A DNA stretch of 64,000 nucleotides, taken from NCBI GenBank assembly GCA_017553685.1, contig JAFZKH010000008.1, positions 3,256-67,255 of the forward strand, in the 5' to 3' direction. Origin of the DNA: Bacilli bacterium. Lineage in GTDB: Bacteria; Bacillota_I; Bacilli_A; RF39; UBA660. A model generated the notes under the pieces. It did not search any database. It had not been told where the DNA came from and saw only the letters and a program-made list of their open reading frames with translations. The position numbers and the translations under genes were made by a program. Below are positions 45,958 through 56,034 of the stretch, piece after piece (position 1 is the stretch's first letter; every line of letters begins with the position of its first letter).

Positions 45958-48261
45958 ATGATAAATGTTAAAAAGGAAATTAATGAAGTATTAACAATAT
46001 TATCTAATTTAAATGAAGAAATTCCATTTAAATATAATTCTAGAACAAGAAAAATAGTAGCTGACATTACTACTAAAAGAGAAACTTTTAATATTGACGA
46101 TTTAATTGTTCCAGAAGATGGTCCTTTCGCTTTTAACAAAACATTTAGAGGTAAAATGGATGTTGTAATATCTACTAATAATGGTAGTGAAAAAATAGCA
46201 GAAATTTCAGTAGATAAATGTAACTTAAGTGAAGCAAAAAGAAAATTCTATAGTGAATATCGTGATTATTGTACAGGGGATACTTATCAAGAACCTATTG
46301 TAGATAAGTTACTAAAGGCGGTAACTCCATCTAATAATGGTGCATCACGTATAAAATATTCTTTAAATGAAGATTCTTTAAAAAATATGCTTGCAACTGA
46401 AGATACAAATGGTTCTGTTACTAAGGATCAACAAATGTCATTAGAGAACTTTAATATACAATTAGCAAAAGATAGAGAAAAACAAGCTATTGAAGCAGAT
46501 ACAACTGAAAAGAAAGATTCAAAAGAATTAACTAAAGAACAAAAAGAAGCTTTAGAAAGCTTTTCTTTACAATTATCAAAGAAAAATACAGATACAGAAG
46601 AAGAAAAACCTGTAGAAATAGAAACTGTACCAGGTACTGTATCAAACAACTCAGGTAATTCAGATATTAGATTTGATAATAAAGCAGGTATATTTGTACC
46701 AGTTAAAACTAAAAAGACTTGGGCTGATAGAATTAGTGCAGTCTTAGAAAAGAGTGGCTTTAGAAAAGTTGAAGATAATAGTAATTATTATTGGGGATCA
46801 TTTGATTTAGAAGATAAAACTACTGAAAGTACTAATACAGTAAGTACTGATTCAAAAGATAGTGCATTTGGTGAATCAAGTGAAAATATAACTGGTACTA
46901 TTGGTCCAGCATATGGTGCTGTTAATAGTAGAAATAACACTATTAGTGAAATTAATCAATCTAAAGAAGAAAAAGTTTCTTTAAAAGAAGCTGCTAAACA
47001 ATACTTTGGTTATTTATTTGCAAGAAGTGATAAATTTGGTAAAGTTGAAAAGTTAAATGGTACTTTAACACTAAAAGAAAAAACAAGTAAGTTATTTGAA
47101 TCAACAAAAGAAAAACTATCATATATTTTTGCAAGAAGTGAAAAAGTAAATAATGGTTATACTATTATTGGACCAGGTCCTAAAAAAATAGTTAAAAGAC
47201 CATTAAGAGTTAAACTTAAAGATTCATTAGAGAATGCTAAGGACGGTGTTAAAGAATTCTTTGGATATACCTTTAGTAAGAGTGAAAAAGTAAATAATGG
47301 TTATACTATTATTGGACCAGGTCCTAGAAAAATAGTTAAAAGACCATTAAGAGTTAAACTTAAAGATTCATTAGAGAATGCTAAGGATGGTATTAAAGAT
47401 TTCTTTGGATATACTTTTAGTAAGAGTGAAAAAGTAGATGTAAAACCTGTTATAACTAAAAAGGGAACTTCTACACTAAATAATGGAACTAATAATCCAA
47501 CTGGAACAGGTTTAAATAATGGTGGTACTCCAATTGTAAAACCAGAACCTGCAAAACCAGTTGTTAATGAAGCAGAAGAACTTGTTAAAAAACAATATAC
47601 TTTATTAGAAAAACAATATCAATTAGAAGACTTAAAATTACGTAATAAATTAGGTACATATGAAAGAATGTTTGTTGAAGACGCTAAAGCAGAATGTCTA
47701 GATATTAAAGATAATGAATTTAGACAAATGATAAATGAAAGATGCGTTGATAAACTAGCAATCTTTACTTATTATTGTGATTTAATAGATCTTAAGAGAC
47801 AAATGGCTTCTAAATATATTAATGAATTTAAAGACTATTTTAATACTCTTGGTGAATATGAAAAAATGTTTGTTGAAGATGCTATCGCTGAATATATTTA
47901 TCCAGGTGATAGTGAATATATGCAAATGTTAAGTGAAAGATGTGTTAATAAAGATAGTGTTACTAGATTCTTAAAACAATATAAGAAGTTAGCTGTATTA
48001 TATAAAGAAATATCTGATAGACAAAGAGAATTAACTGATGTAGCTAAAGTATTTGGATTCCATAGAGAATTTAAAGAATTAGATATTAATACTTTAAGAA
48101 AGTTAACTAAACCTCGTAAGAGTGAATTAACTGAAGAAGAGTTAAAGAAGTATAATGCTAGTAAACTTAAAAAAGATGAACTAGTAGAAATATTAGATAG
48201 AACTGATACAGAAAAAGTAAAAAAGTTAGTAAAAGGGGATAATAAAAAAGATGTCAAATAA
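45958..48261 (+). CDS. hypothetical repeat protein (767 aa) with internal 48-aa tandem duplication and C-terminal YE(K/R)MFVEDA modules
   Basis: No signal peptide. The FFGYTFSKSEKV motif occurs 4 times. An exact-ish tandem 144-bp repeat lies at 47137-47424. Two C-terminal modules (LGTYERMFVEDAKAE...NERCVDK; LGEYEKMFVEDAIAE...SERCVNKD) are present. Confidence 0.4.
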   Translation: MINVKKEINEVLTILSNLNEEIPFKYNSRTRKIVADITTKRETFNIDDLIVPEDGPFAFNKTFRGKMDVVISTNNGSEKIAEISVDKCNLSEAKRKFYSEYRDYCTGDTYQEPIVDKLLKAVTPSNNGASRIKYSLNEDSLKNMLATEDTNGSVTKDQQMSLENFNIQLAKDREKQAIEADTTEKKDSKELTKEQKEALESFSLQLSKKNTDTEEEKPVEIETVPGTVSNNSGNSDIRFDNKAGIFVPVKTKKTWADRISAVLEKSGFRKVEDNSNYYWGSFDLEDKTTESTNTVSTDSKDSAFGESSENITGTIGPAYGAVNSRNNTISEINQSKEEKVSLKEAAKQYFGYLFARSDKFGKVEKLNGTLTLKEKTSKLFESTKEKLSYIFARSEKVNNGYTIIGPGPKKIVKRPLRVKLKDSLENAKDGVKEFFGYTFSKSEKVNNGYTIIGPGPRKIVKRPLRVKLKDSLENAKDGIKDFFGYTFSKSEKVDVKPVITKKGTSTLNNGTNNPTGTGLNNGGTPIVKPEPAKPVVNEAEELVKKQYTLLEKQYQLEDLKLRNKLGTYERMFVEDAKAECLDIKDNEFRQMINERCVDKLAIFTYYCDLIDLKRQMASKYINEFKDYFNTLGEYEKMFVEDAIAEYIYPGDSEYMQMLSERCVNKDSVTRFLKQYKKLAVLYKEISDRQRELTDVAKVFGFHREFKELDINTLRKLTKPRKSELTEEELKKYNASKLKKDELVEILDRTDTEKVKKLVKGDNKKDVK
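47137..47424 (+). repeat. tandem direct repeat, 2 x 144 bp (~95% identical) inside the CDS
   Basis: Each unit encodes SEKVNNGYTIIGPGP(K/R)KIVKRPLRVKLKDSLENAKDG(V/I)K(E/D)FFGYTFSK. Confidence 0.75.
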
Positions 48262-48327
48262 GACATCTTTTTTTGTATATTATTGTTATATATGATAGAA
48301 TATATATAAGAATAGAGGTGTGTGTTT

Positions 48328-50181
48328 ATGGCAACTGTAAAAGATTACATAAACTTAATAAAGGAGATTCAAGAGCTAAATCCAGATGTTACTATTGAAG
48401 TAAATAGTAGATTAGAGGATCCTAAAAATGAAGAAAGTTTTTATTGTTCAGTTGATAAAAGTCAATTAAAACTTCCTGATAATTTTTATATTGATCCAGC
48501 TAATCCAAATTATATAACAAATAAAACTGCATTTAGTGTAACTGAACCAGTATATATTAGTATTAATGATATTAATCAAATAAAAGATATTAATACTAAT
48601 GACATATCTATGGTAAAAGAAAGTGGTTTTACAGAAGCAGAGGAGAAGAAACGCCTAGAAGAACAACAAAGAATAGATGCTGCTGCAGCTGCTGCAATTG
48701 AAGCTGAAATGAATAAAGGTACTGGTGCACCTACAGGGTCTACTCCAAATTCTGGAAATGCAGGTGTTGCTCCAGTTGGAGGAGATACTCCAACTGTTAG
48801 CGAAGGTGGAGTTGTTAGAAGAGTTGTTAAAGGTGTTCAAAATCTTTATGCTAAATATACAGAACTTTATGACAGAATTAAAGAAAGATTTGGATATGCT
48901 GTTGAAAGAAGTGAAACAGTTGATGTAAAACCTATAAAGAAAAAAGAAGATAAGCAAGCAGAAAAAATGGTTGCTAGCTATGGTGGTAAAGCACTTGATG
49001 ATTTAACTGTTATTTCAAATTTAACTAAAAAAATAAAAGAAGATGAATTTATGAAGGCCGAGTTAAAGAAATTAACTGGCAATTCTATACAAGATGAATT
49101 AGAGAGTAATCCACATGAACTTGCAGAAATTATGAAGGATGTAACTTTAATAGGAGAATTACACAACTATGTTAAAGATGATCCTAGTTTTAATGGTGCA
49201 ATATTTGATCTAATTGCTAAACAAATGGTTACTTTTAGAAGAACTGAATTACATGTATGTAATAGAATACTTCAACAAGTTAGATATGGTGGAGTAAAAG
49301 AAAACAAAATGCAATTCTTAATTGATAGAGTAAATGCTAAAGGAGCAGAATTCAAATTTGATACTCCACAAAAGAATGCTCCAGGTAATAATACTCCTGG
49401 TGGAACTCTTGGAGGAAGTACTCCTAATGGTGGAGATAAACCAAACGGAGGAGACAAACCAAATGGTGGCGATAAGCCTAATGAAGGAGATAAACCGCAA
49501 CAAGATACTCCAGAAGCTGTAATATTAACTTTATCTGATGAAGCTTTAGCTGAATTAAATAAAAAATACAGTGAATTAAAAATGGATTTATTTAATAGTT
49601 TAGGTGATTATGAAAAAGCGTTTATAGAAGAAGCTACTGCAGAAGGTATTGAACCTGGAGATAGTGAATTTATTAATATGATTAATAACAGAGCAGTAGA
49701 TAAATTTGCAATTCTAGATTATTATTCTGGATTAGAAAAATTAAAAGTAGATTATGAAGATGAAAGAGTTACACTTGCAGCACAAGAATTATATGACAAA
49801 TTAGATGAATATGATAGAATGTTCATTGAAGATGCAGAAGCTGAAGGCTTAAATGCAGAAAAGGGCATAGATAAGAATTATAAGTTTGGTGATTTTGAAT
49901 TTAATTATATGTTAAGTGAAAGAACAGTAAATAAAGATAGAATATTTGAATATCTAAATGGAGTAGATGCAATATATAATACATATAAAAATAATATAAT
50001 TAAATTACAAAATGAAGAAGCTAGAATAAATGCTGTAAGAAAATTCTATAATAAAGAATTTACTGAACAAAATGTAATAAAACCTTTAATAGATATTAGT
50101 GGTGGCTCTAAACAACTAGAAGAAATTAGAAAAATGCGTGAACAATTAAATGAAATAGTATCTGGAGGAAAAGCTAAGTAA
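48328..50181 (+). CDS. hypothetical repeat protein, paralog of 45958-48261
   Basis: The start ATG at 48328 follows GAGGTG. It shares RFGYAVERSETVDVKPIKKK and two YE(K/R)(A/M)FIE(E/D)A(T/E)AEG...SER(T/A)V(N/D)K modules with the upstream gene. It has an Ala-rich stretch and GGDKPN x3 (49430-49497). Confidence 0.4.
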   Translation: MATVKDYINLIKEIQELNPDVTIEVNSRLEDPKNEESFYCSVDKSQLKLPDNFYIDPANPNYITNKTAFSVTEPVYISINDINQIKDINTNDISMVKESGFTEAEEKKRLEEQQRIDAAAAAAIEAEMNKGTGAPTGSTPNSGNAGVAPVGGDTPTVSEGGVVRRVVKGVQNLYAKYTELYDRIKERFGYAVERSETVDVKPIKKKEDKQAEKMVASYGGKALDDLTVISNLTKKIKEDEFMKAELKKLTGNSIQDELESNPHELAEIMKDVTLIGELHNYVKDDPSFNGAIFDLIAKQMVTFRRTELHVCNRILQQVRYGGVKENKMQFLIDRVNAKGAEFKFDTPQKNAPGNNTPGGTLGGSTPNGGDKPNGGDKPNGGDKPNEGDKPQQDTPEAVILTLSDEALAELNKKYSELKMDLFNSLGDYEKAFIEEATAEGIEPGDSEFINMINNRAVDKFAILDYYSGLEKLKVDYEDERVTLAAQELYDKLDEYDRMFIEDAEAEGLNAEKGIDKNYKFGDFEFNYMLSERTVNKDRIFEYLNGVDAIYNTYKNNIIKLQNEEARINAVRKFYNKEFTEQNVIKPLIDISGGSKQLEEIRKMREQLNEIVSGGKAK

Positions 50182-50184
50182 TAT

Positions 50185-50212
50185 AAAAACTACATCATAT
50201 TGATGTAGTTTT
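50185..50212 (+). terminator. rho-independent terminator
   Basis: AACTACATCA tatt GATGTAGTT followed by TTTTTTT. Confidence 0.6.
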
Positions 50213-50248
50213 TTTTATTATATGATATAATATTTATTAGGTGATAAC

Positions 50249-51235
50249 ATGGGATTATTTAGCAAAATAAAAGAAAAATTTACTAGTAAAAAAGAAGTTA
50301 ATAAAGTAGAAAAAAAAGAAACTGAAATATATGAAAAAGGTCTTGAAAAAACTAGAAAAGATTTTTCTGATAAATTAAATAAATTAAATAAGAAGTATTC
50401 TAAGGTTAATCAGGAATATTTTGAAGAATTAGAAGAAATACTTATAATGGCAGATATTGGTGTTAATACTGTTATTAAATTTATGGATAGATTAGTAGAT
50501 AGAGTCAAGAAAGAAAAGATTGATGATCCAGAACTTCTAAAAGAATTAATTGTAGATGAATTATTTATTATTTATGTTAATGATGAAGTATTAGTAAATA
50601 AGATTAATTATAGAGATAATGGACCTACAGTAATTTTATTTGTTGGAGTAAATGGAGTAGGTAAAACTACTACTATAGCTAAGATTGCTAAGAAGGAAAA
50701 AGACCAAGGTAAGAAAGTATTATTAGTAGCTGCCGATACATTTAGAGCAGGTGCAGTAGAACAATTATCTGAATGGGCTAAAAGACTTAATGTAGATATA
50801 GTTAATGGTGAAGAAGGAGTAGATCCTGCATCTGTAGTTTATACTGGTATGGAAAAGTCTAAAGATTATGATTTAGTACTTATAGATACTGCAGGGAGAC
50901 TTCAAAATAAAGTTAATCTAATGAATGAGTTAGAAAAGATTAAGAAAGTAATTAATAATCATCAAGAAGGATCTCCTGAAGAAACATTACTTGTTATAGA
51001 TGCTACTACTGGACAAAATGGTATTTCTCAAGCAAAAGCTTTTAAAGAAATAACTGATGTTACAGGAATAGTACTAACTAAGTTAGATGGATCTGCTAAA
51101 GGTGGAATAGTTTTAGCTATTAAAGAAGAAGTTAATATACCTGTTAAATATGTAGGTATGGGTGAAAAAGAAGAAGATTTAAGAACATTTGATATAGAAA
51201 AATATATATATGGATTATTTAAGGAAATGATGTAA
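50249..51235 (+). CDS. ftsY: signal recognition particle receptor FtsY
   Basis: NG domain: GVNGVGKTTTIAKIA, DTAGR, TKLDG. Confidence 0.9.
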   Translation: MGLFSKIKEKFTSKKEVNKVEKKETEIYEKGLEKTRKDFSDKLNKLNKKYSKVNQEYFEELEEILIMADIGVNTVIKFMDRLVDRVKKEKIDDPELLKELIVDELFIIYVNDEVLVNKINYRDNGPTVILFVGVNGVGKTTTIAKIAKKEKDQGKKVLLVAADTFRAGAVEQLSEWAKRLNVDIVNGEEGVDPASVVYTGMEKSKDYDLVLIDTAGRLQNKVNLMNELEKIKKVINNHQEGSPEETLLVIDATTGQNGISQAKAFKEITDVTGIVLTKLDGSAKGGIVLAIKEEVNIPVKYVGMGEKEEDLRTFDIEKYIYGLFKEMM

Positions 51236-51535
51236 ATGGAATTACAAGATAGATTAATAATATTATTTGATTATTATGGAGAATTACTTACTGATTCTCA
51301 AAAGAACTATTTTATAGATTATTATTTTCATAATTTAACTTTAAGTGAAATAGCAGAAAATAATAGTGTTAGTAAGAATGCAGTTTCTAAAGATTTAAAA
51401 CTTGCATGTTCTAAATTAGAAGACTTTGATTCTAAATTAAAATTAATAGATAAAGATAAAAAGATTATTAAAGTAATCAAAGAAGAAAACAATGAGGAAT
51501 TATTAAAAAAAATAAATAATATACTAGATTTATAG
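51236..51535 (+). CDS. ylxM: YlxM/p13-like putative HTH protein (UPF0122) preceding ffh
   Basis: The ATG overlaps the ftsY stop (ATGTAAATGG). LFDYYGELLTDSQKNYFIDYYFHNLTLSEIAE is typical of YlxM. Confidence 0.7.
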   Translation: MELQDRLIILFDYYGELLTDSQKNYFIDYYFHNLTLSEIAENNSVSKNAVSKDLKLACSKLEDFDSKLKLIDKDKKIIKVIKEENNEELLKKINNILDL

Positions 51536-51544
51536 GAGGCAGCA

Positions 51545-52852
51545 ATGTTTGAAAGTTTATCAGATAGATTAGATAGTGCTATAGGTAAAATTAGAGGATA
51601 TGGATCTATTACTGAAGAAAATATACAAGATGTTTTAAGAGAAGTAAGACTTGCATTACTTGAAGCAGATGTAAACTATACTGTAGTTAAAGAGTTTACT
51701 AATAAAGTAAAAGAAAAAGCTTTAGGAGAAGAAATTAGAAAAAGTTTAAAACCTGATGAAGTATTCTTAAAGATATTAAAAGATGAATTATTAGAACTTC
51801 TTGGTAGTGATAAAGCGGATATTTATACTAAGGGTAATCCTAGCGTGCTTATGTTAGTAGGTCTTCAAGGTTCTGGTAAAACTACTACTATAGGTAAACT
51901 AGCTAATTTACTTAGAAAAAAATATAATAAGAAACCTTTATTAGTTGCAGCAGATATTTATAGACCAGCTGCTATTAATCAATTACAAACATTAGGTAAA
52001 AGTTTAAATATACCAGTATTTGAAGAGGGTACAAAAGATCCTGTTCAAATAGCTAAAGATTCTATAGTTTATGCAAAAGAGAATAATCTTGATTATGTAT
52101 TAATAGATACAGCAGGTCGTCTTCAAATAGATGAAAAACTAATGGATGAATTAAAGAACATTAATGAAGAAGTTAAACCTAATGAAGTAATGCTTGTAAT
52201 AGATAGTATGATGGGTCAAGATGCAATAAATGTTATTACTGGTTTTAATGATAAATTACCTTTAACAGGTACTATTCTTACCAAATTAGATGGAGATACT
52301 AGAGGTGGTGTAGCATTATCTGCTAAATACTTAACTGGTATACCAATCAAGTTTATAGGTACATCTGAAAAATTAGATGGACTTGAAGACTTTGATCCAG
52401 AAAGAATGGTAAGTAGAATTCTAGGTATGGGAGATATGATGTCTCTTATTGAAAAAGCTGAATCTGTTATGAATGAAGATGAAGCAATGGATACTTACAA
52501 GAAAATGAAAAAAGGTAAATATGACCTAGAAGATTTCTTAAAACAAATGAATCAAATTAAGAAAATGGGTTCTATAGAAAGCCTTTTAAAAATGATTCCA
52601 GGTGCTAAAAAGATGGGCCTAAATAATGTACAAATAGATCCAAAACAAATGTCTCATATTGAGGCTATAGTTCTTTCTATGACACCAAATGAAAGAAGAA
52701 ATCCTGATATTATTAAAGCATCTAGAAAAGAAAGAATAGCAAAAGGATCTGGAACTTCTGTACAAGAAGTAAATAGATTACTTAATCAATTTGAAGAATC
52801 TAAAAAGATGATGAAAATGATGAGTAATGGAAATATGAAATTACCTTTTTAA
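51545..52852 (+). CDS. ffh: signal recognition particle protein Ffh (SRP54)
   Basis: GLQGSGKTTT, DTAGR, TKLDGD, and a Met-rich M domain. RBS AGGAGG. Confidence 0.95.
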   Translation: MFESLSDRLDSAIGKIRGYGSITEENIQDVLREVRLALLEADVNYTVVKEFTNKVKEKALGEEIRKSLKPDEVFLKILKDELLELLGSDKADIYTKGNPSVLMLVGLQGSGKTTTIGKLANLLRKKYNKKPLLVAADIYRPAAINQLQTLGKSLNIPVFEEGTKDPVQIAKDSIVYAKENNLDYVLIDTAGRLQIDEKLMDELKNINEEVKPNEVMLVIDSMMGQDAINVITGFNDKLPLTGTILTKLDGDTRGGVALSAKYLTGIPIKFIGTSEKLDGLEDFDPERMVSRILGMGDMMSLIEKAESVMNEDEAMDTYKKMKKGKYDLEDFLKQMNQIKKMGSIESLLKMIPGAKKMGLNNVQIDPKQMSHIEAIVLSMTPNERRNPDIIKASRKERIAKGSGTSVQEVNRLLNQFEESKKMMKMMSNGNMKLPF

Positions 52853-52913
52853 AAAATATTAAATATTTTTTAAAAATATGTTATAATGAATTATGTAATA
52901 GGAGAGTAGTGAT

Positions 52914-53618
52914 ATGAAGTTAAGAGATTATAGATTTGAATCAAAAGAAGATCTTAATAGCGTTGCTTGTTGTGTATTAACTTATTTTTGTAAAGATATT
53001 AATGCAAAAGATGTCGATTATTCTTCTATTAGTGAATATAAAGTTAAGCAATTGAATAAACTTACAGGAGATAACTATGATATTACACCTGAAAATTTAA
53101 TGATGTATTTATCATGCCCTGTTGGAGTAGAAGATGTTAACGATATAAGTACTTTTGGAATAAGAACTAGTGGTGAACTACCTAATGGAAGAATTAATAT
53201 GCATTTATCTAAAATGATATTATGCAGAGCATTATTAGAAAATGCATCACTTGATACTTATGAAAAAATTGTTGATAGTGAAGATGTTGGTACAGATAGA
53301 TTACAGTTACCAGATACCAGTGATTATTTAGATTGTTATGTTTCTTCTTTATTAAGAGAACCAGAATTATTATATTATTTATTCTTTACTGGTAGAGGTG
53401 AAGAATTTACTAGATTATTTGCTGATTCTGAATTTTTAAAGAAGCTTGAAGATGGTTCATTTAAACCAAATGAAATATTTAGTAGACTATCCCCATATAG
53501 ATCTGCAATAAAAGAAACTCCACAACTTCTTAAAGATTTTGCTAAAGAGGATGAATTAAGAATTAAATCTTTAACAGGGGAAACACCTGCTATTGATGCA
53601 AATAAATTAGTTAGATAG
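52914..53618 (+). CDS. hypothetical protein (234 aa)
   Basis: RBS AGGAGAG. No recognisable domain. Confidence 0.35.
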   Translation: MKLRDYRFESKEDLNSVACCVLTYFCKDINAKDVDYSSISEYKVKQLNKLTGDNYDITPENLMMYLSCPVGVEDVNDISTFGIRTSGELPNGRINMHLSKMILCRALLENASLDTYEKIVDSEDVGTDRLQLPDTSDYLDCYVSSLLREPELLYYLFFTGRGEEFTRLFADSEFLKKLEDGSFKPNEIFSRLSPYRSAIKETPQLLKDFAKEDELRIKSLTGETPAIDANKLVR

Positions 53619-53629
53619 GGAGGGTTTGT

Positions 53630-53821
53630 ATGAATTATTCTATTGATAAAATATTAAATATTGTTAATTCTAAATATCAACTTGTTTATATAGCTGCTAA
53701 AAGAGCTACTCAAATGGATGAAACAAAACATTATCAAATGAAAGAAAAAGAATATAAGTCTAAAAAGAGTTTAGATAAGGCTTTAGAAGAAGTTCAAAAT
53801 GGCTTAATACATGTTAATTAA
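53630..53821 (+). CDS. rpoZ: DNA-directed RNA polymerase subunit omega
   Basis: 63 aa. NSKYQLVYIAAKRATQM...LDKALEEVQNGLI closely parallels the firmicute omega (YloH) pattern SKYxLVxxxAxRAR.M...ALEEI..GL. Confidence 0.7.
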   Translation: MNYSIDKILNIVNSKYQLVYIAAKRATQMDETKHYQMKEKEYKSKKSLDKALEEVQNGLIHVN

Positions 53822-53849
53822 TGTATTAAGTTTTTTTATAAGGTGATAT

Positions 53850-54599
53850 ATGAAAGTAAATAAATATGAAAGATTAAAAAATGGTAAATATAAAGTATAT
53901 TTAGATAATGAAGATACTGTTACTTTATATGAAGATGTTATATTAAATAATAATTTAATACTTAGTCATCAAATAGAAGATTTATCTACAATATTAAATG
54001 AAAACTATAATTATGAAGCATATGATATAGCTATTAAGTATTTAAGTGTTAAAATGCGTTCTAAAAAGGAAATAAAGACATATTTAAGCAAATACTATGA
54101 AGATGATATTGTTAATAGTACTCTAAATAAATTAGTTAAAAATGGCTTAATAAATGACTCTATTTATGTATATGCATATTATAAAGATAAGATGAATTTA
54201 TCTAATGATGGCCCTAATAAAATAATAGATTATTTAGTTAAACAAGGTATTAAAGAAGAAGATATAAAAGAATTAATAAATGTTAATAAAGAAGACGTAT
54301 ATAATAAATTAACTAAACTAGTAGATAAAAAGATAAAGACTTCTAAAAGATACTCTGGAAATATATTAAAACAAAGACTAATAAGTTATTTTATTAACTT
54401 AGGATATGATATAGATATGATTAATGAGATATTAAATACTAAGAACTTAACTAATATAGAAGAGGGTATAAAAGAATATAATAAATTATTAAATAAGTAT
54501 AAAGATAAATATGATGATTATAAATTAGAAGCCTATATAAGATCTAAGTTATATGCTAAAGGATTTGATTTAGATGAAATAAAAAGGAATATCGATTGA
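53850..54599 (+). CDS. recX: RecX-family regulatory protein (putative)
   Basis: Three tandem ~50-aa helical repeats have RecX-like periodicity (AIKYLSVKMRSKKEIKTYLSK...; NKLVKNGLINDSIYVYAY...; IIDYLVKQGIKEEDI...). Confidence 0.5.
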   Translation: MKVNKYERLKNGKYKVYLDNEDTVTLYEDVILNNNLILSHQIEDLSTILNENYNYEAYDIAIKYLSVKMRSKKEIKTYLSKYYEDDIVNSTLNKLVKNGLINDSIYVYAYYKDKMNLSNDGPNKIIDYLVKQGIKEEDIKELINVNKEDVYNKLTKLVDKKIKTSKRYSGNILKQRLISYFINLGYDIDMINEILNTKNLTNIEEGIKEYNKLLNKYKDKYDDYKLEAYIRSKLYAKGFDLDEIKRNID

Positions 54600-54612
54600 T
54601 ATTCCTTTTTTA
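54578..54612. terminator. bidirectional terminator between recX and prsA
   Basis: AAAGGAATATC gatt GATATTCCTTTTTTATT. Confidence 0.6.
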
Positions 54613-55563
54613 TTATTGTTCATTATAATAATCTTTTTGTTCTTGGATATATTTATTATATTCTCTTTTTAAAGTAGAATCACTAATCTTTAATCCATAA
54701 TCTTTTCTAATTTTATCTAATGTTGTAATAGCAATAGTCTTATCTTCTTCAGTTTTTCTTTCAACTAGTTTTTCAATTATTTCATCTTTAACATCTTTTA
54801 ATTCTGCTTTATCTTTTTGACCAGTTTTTAATATAATATGATATCCATAACTAGTTTTAACAGGTTCTTTTGTATATTCATTAACATTTAATTTATATGC
54901 TGCTTCTTCAAATTCAGAAACCATTTCACCTTTACCAAAGTAACCTAAATCTCCACCACTAGATTTAGAACCAGTATCATCTGATTTTTCTTTAGCTATT
55001 TCTGAAAAATCTTCACCATTATTTAATCTCTTTATAATTTCTTTAGCTTCTTTTTCTGCATCTTCATCAGATCTATCACTAGTAGATATTAAAATATGTT
55101 TAGCAGATATTTTCCCTTCATATTCATCATTATAATAAGCATTTATTTCTGAATCAGTAATATTTTCTTTTATATAATCTTTAACAGCTTTATCTCTTTG
55201 ATATGATAATCTAAATGCATCTTTTAAAACATCTTCTGATTCATATCCAGCACTTTTTAAAGTAGTTTCCCAACTATCACCATAAGAAGTTTTAAGATAA
55301 TCTATTTGTTCTTCTACTTTCTTTTCAATTTCTTCATCGTTTTTATATACTGTATCAAAAATGATCTTATCAATTTCATCTGCTAGTATTTCTTTAGCAT
55401 ATTTTTCTTTTAAAGTTTCATATACTTTTTCTGCAGATACTTTTTCACCATTAACTTTAAAAGCAACTTCAGATCCATCTTTTAGTTTTGCTTTACCACA
55501 ACCAGTAAGTAATAATACTGCACCCATAGTTATTCCTACGCTTAATAATATTTTGTTTTTCAT
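54613..55563 (-). CDS. prsA: foldase lipoprotein PrsA (parvulin-type peptidyl-prolyl isomerase)
   Basis: Lipobox LLLTGC. The PPIase domain has ISAKHILIS...GGDLGYFGKGEMVSEFEEAAYKL. RBS AGGAGG. Confidence 0.8.
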   Translation of the reverse strand: MKNKILLSVGITMGAVLLLTGCGKAKLKDGSEVAFKVNGEKVSAEKVYETLKEKYAKEILADEIDKIIFDTVYKNDEEIEKKVEEQIDYLKTSYGDSWETTLKSAGYESEDVLKDAFRLSYQRDKAVKDYIKENITDSEINAYYNDEYEGKISAKHILISTSDRSDEDAEKEAKEIIKRLNNGEDFSEIAKEKSDDTGSKSSGGDLGYFGKGEMVSEFEEAAYKLNVNEYTKEPVKTSYGYHIILKTGQKDKAELKDVKDEIIEKLVERKTEEDKTIAITTLDKIRKDYGLKISDSTLKREYNKYIQEQKDYYNEQ

Positions 55564-55603
55564 CTTTATCCTCCTATAAACGTATACATATATAATAACA
55601 AAA

Positions 55604-55966
55604 TTACTTTAATAATTCAAACACTTTATCTACATTTAAGTCTTTATTAGTATTATAGCAAGGTATTAAATGTAAGTGAAAATGTTTTACTTCTTGTAGT
55701 ACTCCATTATTTTGAAGTAATCTAATTCCATCAGGATTTAATCTTTCTTCTATTCTTAATTTAATATCTTTAGCTACTTTCATTATATGATTTAGTGTTT
55801 CTAAATCAATATCATCAAAGTCTTTATAATGTTTTTTAGGTATTATTAAAGTATGTCCAGGTTTAAGTGGATTAATATCTAAAAATACTTTAACTATTTC
55901 ATCTTCATAAATAGTTTTTGATGGTATACTACCATCTATTATTTTACAAAAAATACAATTGTCCAT
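55604..55966 (-). CDS. HIT-family (histidine triad) nucleotide hydrolase
   Basis: CIFCKII...GHTLIIPKKH...HFHLHLIP gives the HxHxHxx motif. Confidence 0.8.
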   Translation of the reverse strand: MDNCIFCKIIDGSIPSKTIYEDEIVKVFLDINPLKPGHTLIIPKKHYKDFDDIDLETLNHIMKVAKDIKLRIEERLNPDGIRLLQNNGVLQEVKHFHLHLIPCYNTNKDLNVDKVFELLK

Positions 55967-56034
55967 TTATTTCATCTCCCATATATATTTTATCACAAAT
56001 GTGATATAATACCAGTATAAAAAGAGGTGCTTTT

